DNA from: the human T2T-CHM13v2.0 reference genome, Homo sapiens
Assembly: GCF_009914755.1 (NCBI RefSeq)
Contig: NC_060931.1
DNA: 64,000 nt
Strand: one strand, 5' to 3'
The notes under the pieces were generated by a model. That model was not told where the DNA came from. It was given only the letters and a program-made list of their open reading frames with translations, and ran no database searches. Shown here one piece after another: positions 13,822 through 25,800 of the stretch. The position numbers and the translations under genes were made by a program. Every line of letters starts with the position of its first letter. The first letter of the stretch is position 1.

Positions 13822-16800
13822 TTGGATATATGGACCTGTTTGAGGCCTTCGTTGGAAACGGGATTTCTTCATTGAATGCTAGACGGAAGAATTCTCAGTA
13901 AATTCTTTGTGTTGTGTGCATTCAACTCACAGAGTGGAACGTCCCTTTAGACAGAGCAGATTTGAAACACTCTTTTTGCGGAATTTGCAAGTGGAGATTT
14001 CTAGCCATTTGATGCCAACAGTAGAAAGGGAAATATCTTCAAATAAAAACCAGACAGAATCATTCTCAGAAAATTCTTTGTGATGTGTGCGTTCAACTCA
14101 CATAGTTTAACCTTTCTTTTCATAGAGCAGTTTGGAAACACTCTGTTTGTAAAGTCTGCAAGTGGATATATGGACCGCATTGAGGCCTTCGTTGGAAACG
14201 GGATTTCTTCATTTCATGCTAGACAGAAGAATTCTCAGTAACTTCTTTGTGCTGTGTGTATTCAACTCACAGAGTGGAACGTCCCTTTACACAGAGCAGA
14301 TTTGAAACACTCTTTTTGTGGAGTTTGCAAGTGGAGATTTCAAGCGATTTGATGCCAACAGTAGAAAAGGAAATATCTTCAAATAAAAACTAGACAGAAT
14401 CATTCTCAGAAACTACTTTGTGATGTGTGCCTTCAACTCACAGAGTTTAACCTTTCTTTTCTTAGAGCAGTTTAGAAACACTCTGCTTGTTATGTCTGCA
14501 AGTGGATATTTGGACCTCTTTGAGGCCTTCGTTGCAAACGGGGTTTCTTCCTTTAATGCTAGACTAAGAAGAGTTCTCAGTAACTTTTTTGTGTTGTGTG
14601 TATTCAACTCACAGAGTTGAACCTTGCTTTAGAGAGAGCAGATTTGAAACACTCTCGCTGTGGCATTTTCAGGTGGAGATTTCAAACGATTTGAGGACAA
14701 TTGCAGAAAAGGAAATACCTTCGTATAATAACCAGACAGAATCATTCTCAGAAAGTGCTTTGTGATGTGTGCGTTCAACTCACAGAGTTTAACCTTTCTT
14801 TTCATAGAGGAGTTTGGAAACAACACTGTTTGTAAAGTCTGCAAGTGTATATATGGACCTGTTTGAGGCCTTCGTTGGAAACGGGATTTCTTCATTGAAT
14901 GCTAGACGGAAGAATTCTCAGTAAATTCTTTGTGTTGTGTGCATTCAACTCACAGAGTGGAACGTCCCTTTAGACAGAGCAGATTTGAAACACTCTTTTT
15001 GCGGAATTTGCAAGTGGAGATTTCTAGCCATTTGATGCCAACAGTAGAAAGGGAAATATCTTCAAATAAAAACCAGCCAGAATCATTCTCAGAAAATTCT
15101 TTGTGATGTGTGCGTTCAACTCACATAGTTTAACCTTTCTTTTCATAGAGCAGTTTGGAAACACTCTGTTTGTAAAGTCTGCAAGTGGATATATGGACCG
15201 CATTGAGGCCTTCTTTGGAAACGGGATTTCTTCATTTCATGCTAGACAGAAGAATTCTCAGTAACTTCTTTGTGCTGTGTGTATTCAACTCACAGAGTGC
15301 AACGTCCCTTTACACAGAGCAGATTTGAAACACTCTTTTTGTGGAGTTTGCAAGTGGAGATTTCAAGCGATTTTATGCCAACAGTAGAAAAGGAAATATC
15401 TTCAAATAAAAACTAGACAGAATCATTCTCAGAAACTACTTTGTGATGTGTGCCTTCAACTCACAGAGTTTAACCTTTCTTTTCTTAGAGCAGCTTAGAA
15501 ACACTCTGCTTGTTATGTCTGCAAGTGGATATTTGGACCTCTTTGAGGCCTTCGTTGCAAACGGGGTTTCTTCCTTTAATGCTAGACTAAGAAGAGTTCT
15601 CAGTAACTTTTTTGTGTTGTGTTTATTCAACTCACAGAGTTGAACCTTGCTTTAGAGAGAGCAGATTTGAAACACTCTCGCTGTGGCATTTTCAGGTGGA
15701 GATTTCAAACGATTTGAGGACAATTGCAGAAAAGGAAATATCTTCGTATAATAACCAGACAGAATCATTCTCAGAAAGTGCTTTGTGATGTGTGCGTTCA
15801 ACTCACAGAGTTTAACCTTTCTTTTCATAGAGGAGTTTGGAAACACACTGTTTGTAAAGTCTGCAATTGAATATATGGACCTGTTTGAGGCCTTCGTTGG
15901 AAACGGGATTTTATCATATAATGATAGACGGAAGAATTCTCAGTAAATTCTTTGTGTTGTATGCATTCAACTCACAGAGTGGAACGTCCCTTTAGACAGA
16001 GCAGATTTGAAACACTCTTTTTGCGGAATTTGCAAGTGGAGATTTCTAGCCATTTGATGCCAACAGTAGAAAGGGAAATATCTTCAAATAAAAACCAGAC
16101 AGAATCATTCTCAGAAAATTCTTTGTGATGTGTGCGTTCAACTCACATAGTTTAACCTTTCTTTTCATAGAGCAGTTTGGAAACACTCTGTTTGTAAAGT
16201 CTGCAAGTGGATATATGGACCGCATTGAGGCCTTCGTTGGAAACGGGATTTCTTCATTTCATGCTAGACAGAAGAATTCTCAGTAACTTCTTTGTGCTGT
16301 GTGTATTCAACTCACAGAGTGGAACGTCCCTTTACACAGAGCAGATTTGAAACACTCTTTTTGTGGAGTTTGCAAGTGGAGATTTCAAGCGATTTGATGC
16401 CAACAGTAGAAAAGGAAATATCTTCTAATAAAAACTAGACAGAATCATTCTCAGAAACTACTTTGTGATGTGTGCCTTCAACTCACAGAGTTTAACCTTT
16501 CTTTTCTTAGAGCAGTTTAGAAACACTCTGCTTGTTATGTCTGCAAGTGGATATTTGGACCTCTTTGAGGCCTTCGTTGCAAACGGGGTTTCTTCCTTTA
16601 ATGCTAGACTAAGAAGAGTTCTCAGTAACTTTTTTGTGTTGTGTGTATTCAACTCACAGAGTTGAACCTTGCTTTAGAGAGAGCAGATTTGAAACACTCT
16701 CGCTGTGGAATTTTCAGGTGGAGATTTCAAGCGATTTGAGGACAATTGCAGAAAAGGAAATATCTTCGTATAATAACCAGACAGAATCATTCTCAGAAAG

Positions 16801-19800
16801 TGCTTTGTGATGTGTGCGTTCAACTCACAGAGTTTAACCTTTCTTTTCATAGAGGAGTTTGGAAACACACTGTTTGTAAAGTCTGCAATTGGATATATGG
16901 ACCTGTTTGAGGCCTCCGTTGGAAACGGGATTTCTTCATTGAATGCTAGACGGAAGAATTCTCAGTAAATTCTTTGTGTTGTGTGCATTCAACTCACAGA
17001 GTGGAACGTCCCTTTAGACAGAGCAGATTTGAAACACTCTTTTTGCGGAATTTGCAAGTGGAGATTTCTAGCCATTTGATGTCAACAGTAGAAAGGGAAA
17101 TATCTTCAAATAAAAACCAGACAGAATCATTCTCAGAAAATTCTTTGTGATGTGTGCGTTCAACTCACATAGTTTAACCTTTCTTTTCATAGAGCAGTTT
17201 GGAAACACTCTGTTTGTAAAGTCTGCAAGTGGATATATGGACCGCATTGAGGCCTTCGTTGGAAACGGGATTTCTTCATTTCATGCTAGACAGAAGAATT
17301 CTCAGTAACTTCTTTGTGCTGTGTGTATTCAACTCACAGAGTGGAACGTCCCTTTGCACAGAGCAGATTTGAAACACTCTTTTTGTGGAGTTTGCAAGTG
17401 GAGATTTCAAGCGATTTGATGCCAACAGTAGAAAAGGAAATATCTTCAAATAAAAACTAGACAGAATCATTCTCAGAAACTACTTTGTGATGTGTGCCTT
17501 CAACTCACAGAGTTTAACCTTTCTTTTCTTAGAGCAGTTTAGAAACACTCTGCTTGTTATGTCTGCAAGTGGATATTTGGACCTCTTTGAGGCCTTCGTT
17601 GCAAACGGGGTTTCTTCCTTTCATGCTAGACTAAGAAGAGTTCTCAGTAACTTTTTTGTGTTGTGTGTATTCAACTCACAGAGTTGAACCTTGCTTTAGA
17701 GAGAGCAGATTTGAAACACTCTTGCTGTGGCATTTTCAGGTGGAGATTTCAAGCGATTTGAGGACAATTGCAGAAAAGGAAATATCTTCGTATAATAACC
17801 AGACAGAATCATTCTCAGAAAGTGCTTTGTGATGTGTGCGTTCAACTCACAGAGTTTAACCTTTCTTTTCATAGAGGAGTTTGGAAACACACTGTTTGTA
17901 ATGTCTGCAATTGGATATATGGACCTGTTTGAGGCCTTCGTTGGAAACGGGATTTCTTCATTGAATGCTAGACGGAAGAATTCTCAGTAAATTCTTTGTG
18001 TTGTGTGCATTCAACTCACAGAGTGGAACGTCCCTTTAGACAGAGCAGATTTGAAACACTTTTTGGCGGAATTTGCAAGTGGAGATTTCTAGCCATTTGA
18101 TGCCAACAGTAGAAAGGGAAATATCTTCAAATAAAAACCAGACAGAATCATTCTCAGAAAATTCTTTGTGATGTGTGCGTTCAACTCACATAGTTTAACC
18201 TTTCTTTTCATAGAGCAGTTTGGAAACACTCTGTTTGTAAAGTCTGCAAGTGGATATATGGACCGCATTGAGGCCTTCGTTGGAAACGGGATTTCTTCAT
18301 TTCATGCTAGACAGAAGAATTCTCAGTAACTTCTTTGTGCTGTGTGTATTCAACTCACAGAGTGGAACGTCCCTTTACACAGAGCAGATTTGAAACACTC
18401 TTTTTGTGGAGTTTGCAAGTGGAGATTTCAAGCGATTTGATGCCAACAGTAGAAAAGGAAATATCTTCAAATAAAAACTAGACAGAATCATTCTCAGAAA
18501 CTACTTTGTGATGTGTGCCTTCAACTCACAGAGTTTAACCTTTCTTTTCTTAGAGCAGTTTAGAAACACTCTGCTTGTTATGTCTGCAAGTGGATATTTG
18601 GACCTCTTTGAGGCCTTCGTTGCAAACGGGGTTTCTTCCTTTAATGCTAGACTAAGAAGAGTTCTCAGTAACTTTTCTGTGTTGTGTGTATTCAACTCAC
18701 AGAGTTGAACCTTGCTTTAGAGAGAGCAGATTTGAAACACTCTCGCTGTGGAATTTTCAGGTGGAGATTTCAAGCGATTTGAGGACAATTGCAGAAAAGG
18801 AAATATCTTCGTATAATAACCAGACAGAATCATTCTCAGAAAGTGCTTTGTGATGTGTGCGTTCAACTCACAGAGTTTAACCTTTCTTTTCATAGAGGAG
18901 TTTGGAAACACACTCTTTGTAAAGTCTACAATTGGATATATGGACCTGTTTGAGGCCTTCTTTGGAAACGGGATTTCATCATTGAATGCTAGACGGAAGG
19001 ATTCTCAGTAAATTCTTTGTGTTGTGTGCATTCAACTCACAGAGTGGAACGTCCCTTTAGACAGAGCAGATTTGAAACACTCTTTTTGCGGAATTTGCAA
19101 GTGGAGATTTCTAGCCATTTGATGCCAACAGTAGAAAGGGAAATATCTTCAAATAAAAACCAGACAGAATCATTCTCAGAAAATTCTTTGTGATGTGTGC
19201 GTTCAACTCACATAGTTTAACCTTTCTTTTCATAGAGCAGTTTGGAAACACTCTGTTTGTAAAGTCTGCAAGTGGATATATGGACCGCATTGAGGCCTTC
19301 GTTGGAAACGGGATTTCTTCATTTCATACTAGACAGAAGAATTCTCAGTAACTTCTTTGTGCTGTGTGTATTCAACTCACAGAGTGGAACGTCCCTTTGC
19401 ACAGAGCAGATTTGGAACACTCTTTTTGTGGAGTTTGCTAGTGGAGATTTCAAGCGATTTGATGCCAACAGTAGAAAAGGAAATATCTTCAAATAAAAAC
19501 TAGACAGAATCATTCTCAGAAACTACTTTGTGATGTGTGCCTTTAACTCACAGAGTTTAACCTTTCTTTTCTTAGAGCAGTTTAGAAACACTCTGCTTGT
19601 TATGTCTGCAAGTGGATATTTGGACCTCTTTGAGGCCTTCGTTGCAAACGGGGTTTCTTCCTTTCATGCTAGACTAAGAAGAGTTCTCAGTAACTTTTTT
19701 GTGTTGTGTGTATTCAACTCACAGAGTTGAACCTTGCTTTAGAGAGAGCAGATTTGAAACACTCTTGCTGTGGCATTTTCAGGTGGAGATTTCAAGCGAT

Positions 19801-22800
19801 TTGAGGACAATTGCAGAAAAGGAAATATCTTCGTATAATAACCAGACAGAATCATTCTCAGAAAGTGCGTTGTGATGTGTGCGTTCAACTCACAGAGTTT
19901 AACCTTTCTTTTCATAGAGGAGCTTGGAAACACACTGTTTGTAATGTCTGCAATTGGATATATGGACCTGTTTGAGGCCTCCGTTGGAAACGGGATTTCT
20001 TCATTGAATGCTAGACGGAAGAATTCTCAGTAAATTCTTTGTGTTGTGTGCATTGAACTCACAGAGTGGAACGTCCCTTTAGACAGAGCAGATTTGAAAA
20101 AACACTCTTTTTGCGGAATTTGCAAGTGGAGATTTCTAGCCATTTGATGTCAACAGTAGAAAGGGAAATATCTTCAAATAAAAACCAGACAGAATCATTC
20201 TCAGAAAATTCTTTGTGATGTGTGCGTTCAACTCACATAGTTTAACCTTTCTTTTCATAGAGCAGTTTGGAAACACTCTGTTTGTAAAGTCTGCAAGTGG
20301 ATATATGGACCGCATTGAGGCCTTCGTTGGAAACGGGATTTCTTCATTTCATGCTAGACAGAAGAATTCTCAGTAACTTCTTTGTGCTGTGTGTATTCAA
20401 CTCACAGAGTGGAACGTCCCTTTGCACAGAGCAGATTTGAAACACTCTTTTTGTGGAGTTTGCAAGTGGAGATTTCAAGCGATTTTATGCCAACAGTAGA
20501 AAAGGAAATATCTTCAAATAAAAACTAGACAGAATCATTCTCAGAAACTGCTTTGTGATGTGTGCCTTCAACTCACAGAGTTTAACCTTTCTTTTCTTAG
20601 AGCAGTTTAGAAACACTCTGCTTGTTATGTCTGCAAGTGGATATTTGGACCTCTTTGAGGCCTTCGTTGCAAACGGGGTTTCTTCCTTTAATGCTAGACT
20701 AAGAAGAGTTCTCAGTAACTTTTTTGTGTTGTGTGTATTCAACTCACAGAGTTGAACCTTGCTTTAGAGAGAGCAGATTTGAAACACTCTCGCTGTGGAA
20801 TTTTCAGGTGGAGATTTCAAGCGATTTGAGGACAATTGCAGAAAAGGAAATATCTTCGTATAATAACCAGACAGAATCATTCTCAGAAAGTGCTTTGTGA
20901 TGTGTGCGTTCAACTCACAGAGTTTAACCTTTCTTTTCATAGAGGAGTTTGGAAACACACTGTTTGTAAAGTCTGCAATTGGATATATGGACCTGTTTGA
21001 GGCCTTCGTTGGAAACGGGATTTCTTCATTGAATGCTAGACGGAAGGATTCTCAGTAAATTCTTTGTGTTGTGTGCATTCAACTCACAGAGTGGAACGTC
21101 CCTTTAGACAGAGCAGATTTGAAACACTCTTTTTGCGGAATTTGCAAGTGGAGATTTCTAGCCATTTGATGCCAACAGTAGAAAGGGAAATATCTTCAAA
21201 TAAAAACCAGACAGAATCATTCTCAGAAAATTCTTTGTGATGTGTGCGTTCAACTCACATAGTTTAACCTTTCTTTTCGTAGAGCAGTTTGGAAACACTC
21301 TGTTTGTAAAGTCTGCAAGTGGATATATGGACCGCATTGAGGCCTTCGTTGGAAACGGGATTTCTTCATTTCATACTAGACAGAAGAATTCTCAGTAACT
21401 TCTTTGTGCTGTGTGTATTCAACTCACAGAGTGGAACGTCCCTTTGCACAGAGCAGATTTGAAACACTCTTTTTGTGGAGTTTGCAAGTGGAGATTTCAA
21501 GCGATTTGATGCCAACAGTAGAAAAGGAAATATCTTCAAATAAAAACTAGACAGAATCATTCTCAGAAACTACTTTGTGATGTGTGCCTTTAACTCACAG
21601 AGTTTAACCTTTCTTTTCTTAGAGCAGTTTAGAAACACTCTGCTTGTTATGTCTGCAAGTGGATATTTGGACCTCTTTGAGGCCTTCGTTGCAAACGGGG
21701 TTTCTTCCTTTCATGCTAGACTAAGAAGAGTTCTCAGTAACTTTTTTGTGTTGTGTGTATTCAACTCACAGAGTTGAACCTTGCTTTAGAGAGAGCAGAT
21801 TTGAAACACTCTTGCTGTGGCATTTTCAGGTGGAGATTTCAAGCGATTTGAGGACAATTGCAGAAAAGGAAATATCTTCGTATAATAACCAGACAGAATC
21901 ATTCTCAGAAAGTGCTTTGTGATGTGTGCGTTCAACTCACAGAGTTTAACCTTTCTTTTCATAGAGGAGTTTGGAAACACACTGTTTGTAAAGTCTGCAA
22001 TTGGATATATGGACCTGTTTGAGGCCTCCGTTGGAAACGGGATTTCTTCATTGAATGCTAGACGGAAGAATTCTCAGTAAATTCTTTGTGTTGTGTGCAT
22101 TCAACTCACAGAGTGGAACGTCCCTTTAGACAGAGCAGATTTGAAACACTCTTTTTGCGGAATTTGCAAGTGGAGATTTCTAGCCATTTGATGCCAACAG
22201 TAGAAAGGGAAATATCTTCAAATAAAAACCAGACAGAATCATTCTCAGAAAATTCTTTGTGATGTGTGCGTTCAACTCACATAGTTTAACCTTTCTTTTC
22301 ATAGAGCAGTTTGGAAACACTCTGTTTGTAAAGTCTGCAAGTGGATATATGGACCGCATTGAGGCCTTCGTTGGAAACGGGATTTCTTCATTTCATGCTA
22401 GACAGAAGAATTCTCAGTAACTTCTTTGTGCTGTGTGTATTCAACTCACAGAGTGGAACGTCCCTTTGCACAGAGCAGATTTGAAACACTCTTTTTGTGG
22501 AGTTTGCAAGTGGAGATTTCAAGCGATTTGATGCCAACAGTAGAAAAGGAAATATCTTCAAATAAAAACTAGACAGAATCATTCTCAGAAACTACTTTGT
22601 GATGTGTGCCTTCAACTCACAGAGTTTAACCTTTCTTTTCTTAGAGCAGTTTAGAAACACTCTGCTTGTTATGTCTGCAAGTGGATATTTGGACCTCTTT
22701 GAGGCCTTCGTTGCAAACGGGGTTTCTTCCTTTAATGCAAGACTAAGAAGAGTTCTCAGTAACTTTTTGTGTTGTGTGTATTCAACTCACAGAGTTGAAC

Positions 22801-25800
22801 CTTGCTTTAGAGAGAGCAGATTTGAAACACTCTTGCTGTGGAATTTTCAGGTGGAGATTTCAAGCGATTTGAGGACAATTGCAGAAAAGGAAATATCTTC
22901 GTATAATAACCAGACAGAATCATTCTCAGAAAGTGCGTTGTGATGTGTGCGTTCAACTCACAGAGTTTAACCTTTCTTTTCATAGAGGAGCTTGGAAACA
23001 CACTGTTTGTAATGTCTGCAATTGGATATATGGACCTGTTTGAGGCCTCCGTTGGAAACGGGATTTCTTCATTGAATGCTAGACGGAAGAATTCTCAGTA
23101 AATTCTTTGTGTTGTGTGCATTGAACTCACAGAGTGGAACGTCCCTTTAGACAGAGCAGATTTGAAACACTTTTTGGCGGAATTTGCAAGTGGAGATTTT
23201 TAGCCCTTTGATGCCAACAGTAGAAAGGGAAATATCTTCAAATAAAAACCAGACAGAATCATTCTCAGAAAATTCTTTGTGATGTGTGCGTTCAACTCAC
23301 ATAGTTTAACCTTTCTTTTCATAGAGCAGTTTGGAAACACTCTGTTTGTAAAGTCTGCAAGTGGATATATGGACCGATTTGAGGCCTTCGTTGGAAACGG
23401 GATTTCTTCATTTCATGCTAGACAGAAGAATTCTCAGTAACTTCTTTGTGCTGTGTGTATTCAACTCACAGAGTGGAACGTCCCTTTGCACAGAGCAGAT
23501 TTGAAACACTCTTTTTGTGGAGTTTGCAAGTGGAGATTTCAAGCGATTTGATGCCAACAGTAGAAAAGGAAGTATCTTCAAATAAAAACTAGACAGAATC
23601 ATTCTCAGAAACTACTTTGTGATGTGTGCCTTCAACTCACCGAGTTTAACCTTTCTTTTCTGAGAGCAGCTTAGAAACACTCTGCTTGTTATGTCTGCAA
23701 GTTGATATTTGGACCTCTTTGAGGCCTTCGTTGCAAACGGGGTTTCTTCCTTTAATGCTAGACTAAGAAGAGTTCTCAGTAACTTTTTTGTGTTGTGTGT
23801 ATTCAACTCACAGAGTTGAACCTTGCTTTAGAGAGAGCAGATTTGAAACACTCTTGCTGTGGCATTTTCAGGTGGAGATTTCAAGCGATTTGAGGACAAT
23901 TGCAGAAAAGGAAATATCTTCGTATAATAACCAGACAGAATCATTCTCAGAAAGTGCTTTGTGATGTGTGCGTTCAACTCACAGAGTTTAACCTTTCTTT
24001 TCATAGAGGAGTTTGGAAACACACTGTTTGTAATGTCTGCAATTGGATATATGGACCTGTTTGAGGCCTTCGTTGGAAACGGGATTTCTTCATTGAATGC
24101 TAGACGGAAGAATTCTCAGTAAATTCTTTGTGTTGTGTGCATTCAACTCACAGAGTGGAACGTCCCTTTAGACAGAGCAGATTTGAAACACTTTTTGGCG
24201 GAATTTGCAAGTGGAGATTTCTAGCCATTTGATGCCAACAGTAGAAAGGGAAATATCTTCAAATAAAAACCAGACAGAATCATTCTCAGAAAATTCTTTG
24301 TGATGTGTGCGTTCAACTCACATAGTTTAACCTTTCTTTTCATAGAGCAGTTTGGAAACACTCTGTTTGTAAAGTCTGCTAGTGGATATATGGACCGCAT
24401 TGAGGCCTTCGTTGGAAACGGGATTTCTTCATTTCATGCTAGACAGAAGAATTCTCAGTAACTTCTTTGTGCTGTGTGTATTCAACTCACAGAGTGGAAC
24501 GTCCCTTTACACAGAGCAGATTTGAAACACTCTTTTTGTGGAGTTTGCAAGTGGAGATTTCAAGCGATTTGATGCCAACAGTAGAAAAGGAAATATCTTC
24601 AAATAAAAACTAGACAGAATCATTCTCAGAAACTACTTTGTGATGTGTGCCTTCAACTCACAGAGTTTAACCTTTCTTTTCTTAGAGCAGTTTAGAAACA
24701 CTCTGCTTGTTATGTCTGCAAGTGGATATTTGGACCTCTTTGAGGCCTTCGTTGCAAACGGGGTTTCTTCCTTTAATGCTAGACTAAGAAGAGTTCTCAG
24801 TAACTTTTTTGTGTTGTGTGTATTCAACTCACAGAGTTGAACCTTGCTTTAGAGAGAGCAGATTTGAAACACTCTCGCTGTGGAATTTTCAGGTGGAGAT
24901 TTCAAGCGATTTGAGGACAATTGCAGAAAAGGAAATATCTTCGTATAATAACCAGACAGAATCATTCTCAGAAAGTGCTTTGTGATGTGTGCGTTCAACT
25001 CACAGAGTTTAACCTTTCTTTTCATAGAGGAGTTTGGAAACACACTGTTTGTAAAGTCTGCAATTGGATATATGGACCTGTTTGAGGCCTTCGTTGGAAA
25101 CGGGATTTCTTCATTGAATGCTAGACGGAAGGATTCTCAGTAAATTCTTTGTGTTGTGTGCATTCAACTCACAGAGTGGAACGTCCCTTTAGACAGAGCA
25201 GATTTGAAACACTCTTTTTGCGGAATTTGCAAGTGGAGATTTCTAGCCATTTGATGCCAACAGTAGAAAGGGAAATATCTTCAAATAAAAACCAGACAGA
25301 ATCATTCTCAGAAAATTCTTTGTGATGTGTGCGTTCAACTCACATAGTTTAACCTTTCTTTTCATAGAGCAGTTTGGAAACACTCTGTTTGTAAAGTCTG
25401 CAAGTGGATATATGGACCGCATTGAGGCCTTCGTTGGAAACGGGATTTCTTCATTTCATACTAGACAGAAGAATTCTCAGTAACTTCTTTGTGCTGTGTG
25501 TATTCAACTCACAGAGTGGAACGTCCCTTTGCACAGAGCAGATTTGAAACACTCTTTTTGTGGAGTTTGCAAGTGGAGATTTCAAGCGATTTGATGCCAA
25601 CAGTAGAAAAGGAAATATCTTCAAATAAAAACTAGACAGAATCATTCTCAGAAACTACTTTGTGATGTGTGCATTTAACTCACAGAGTTTAACCTTTCTT
25701 TTCTTAGAGCAGTTTAGAAACACTCTGCTTGTTATGTCTGCAAGTGGATATTTGGACCTCTTTGAGGCCTTCGTTGCAAACGGGGTTTCTTCCTTTAATG

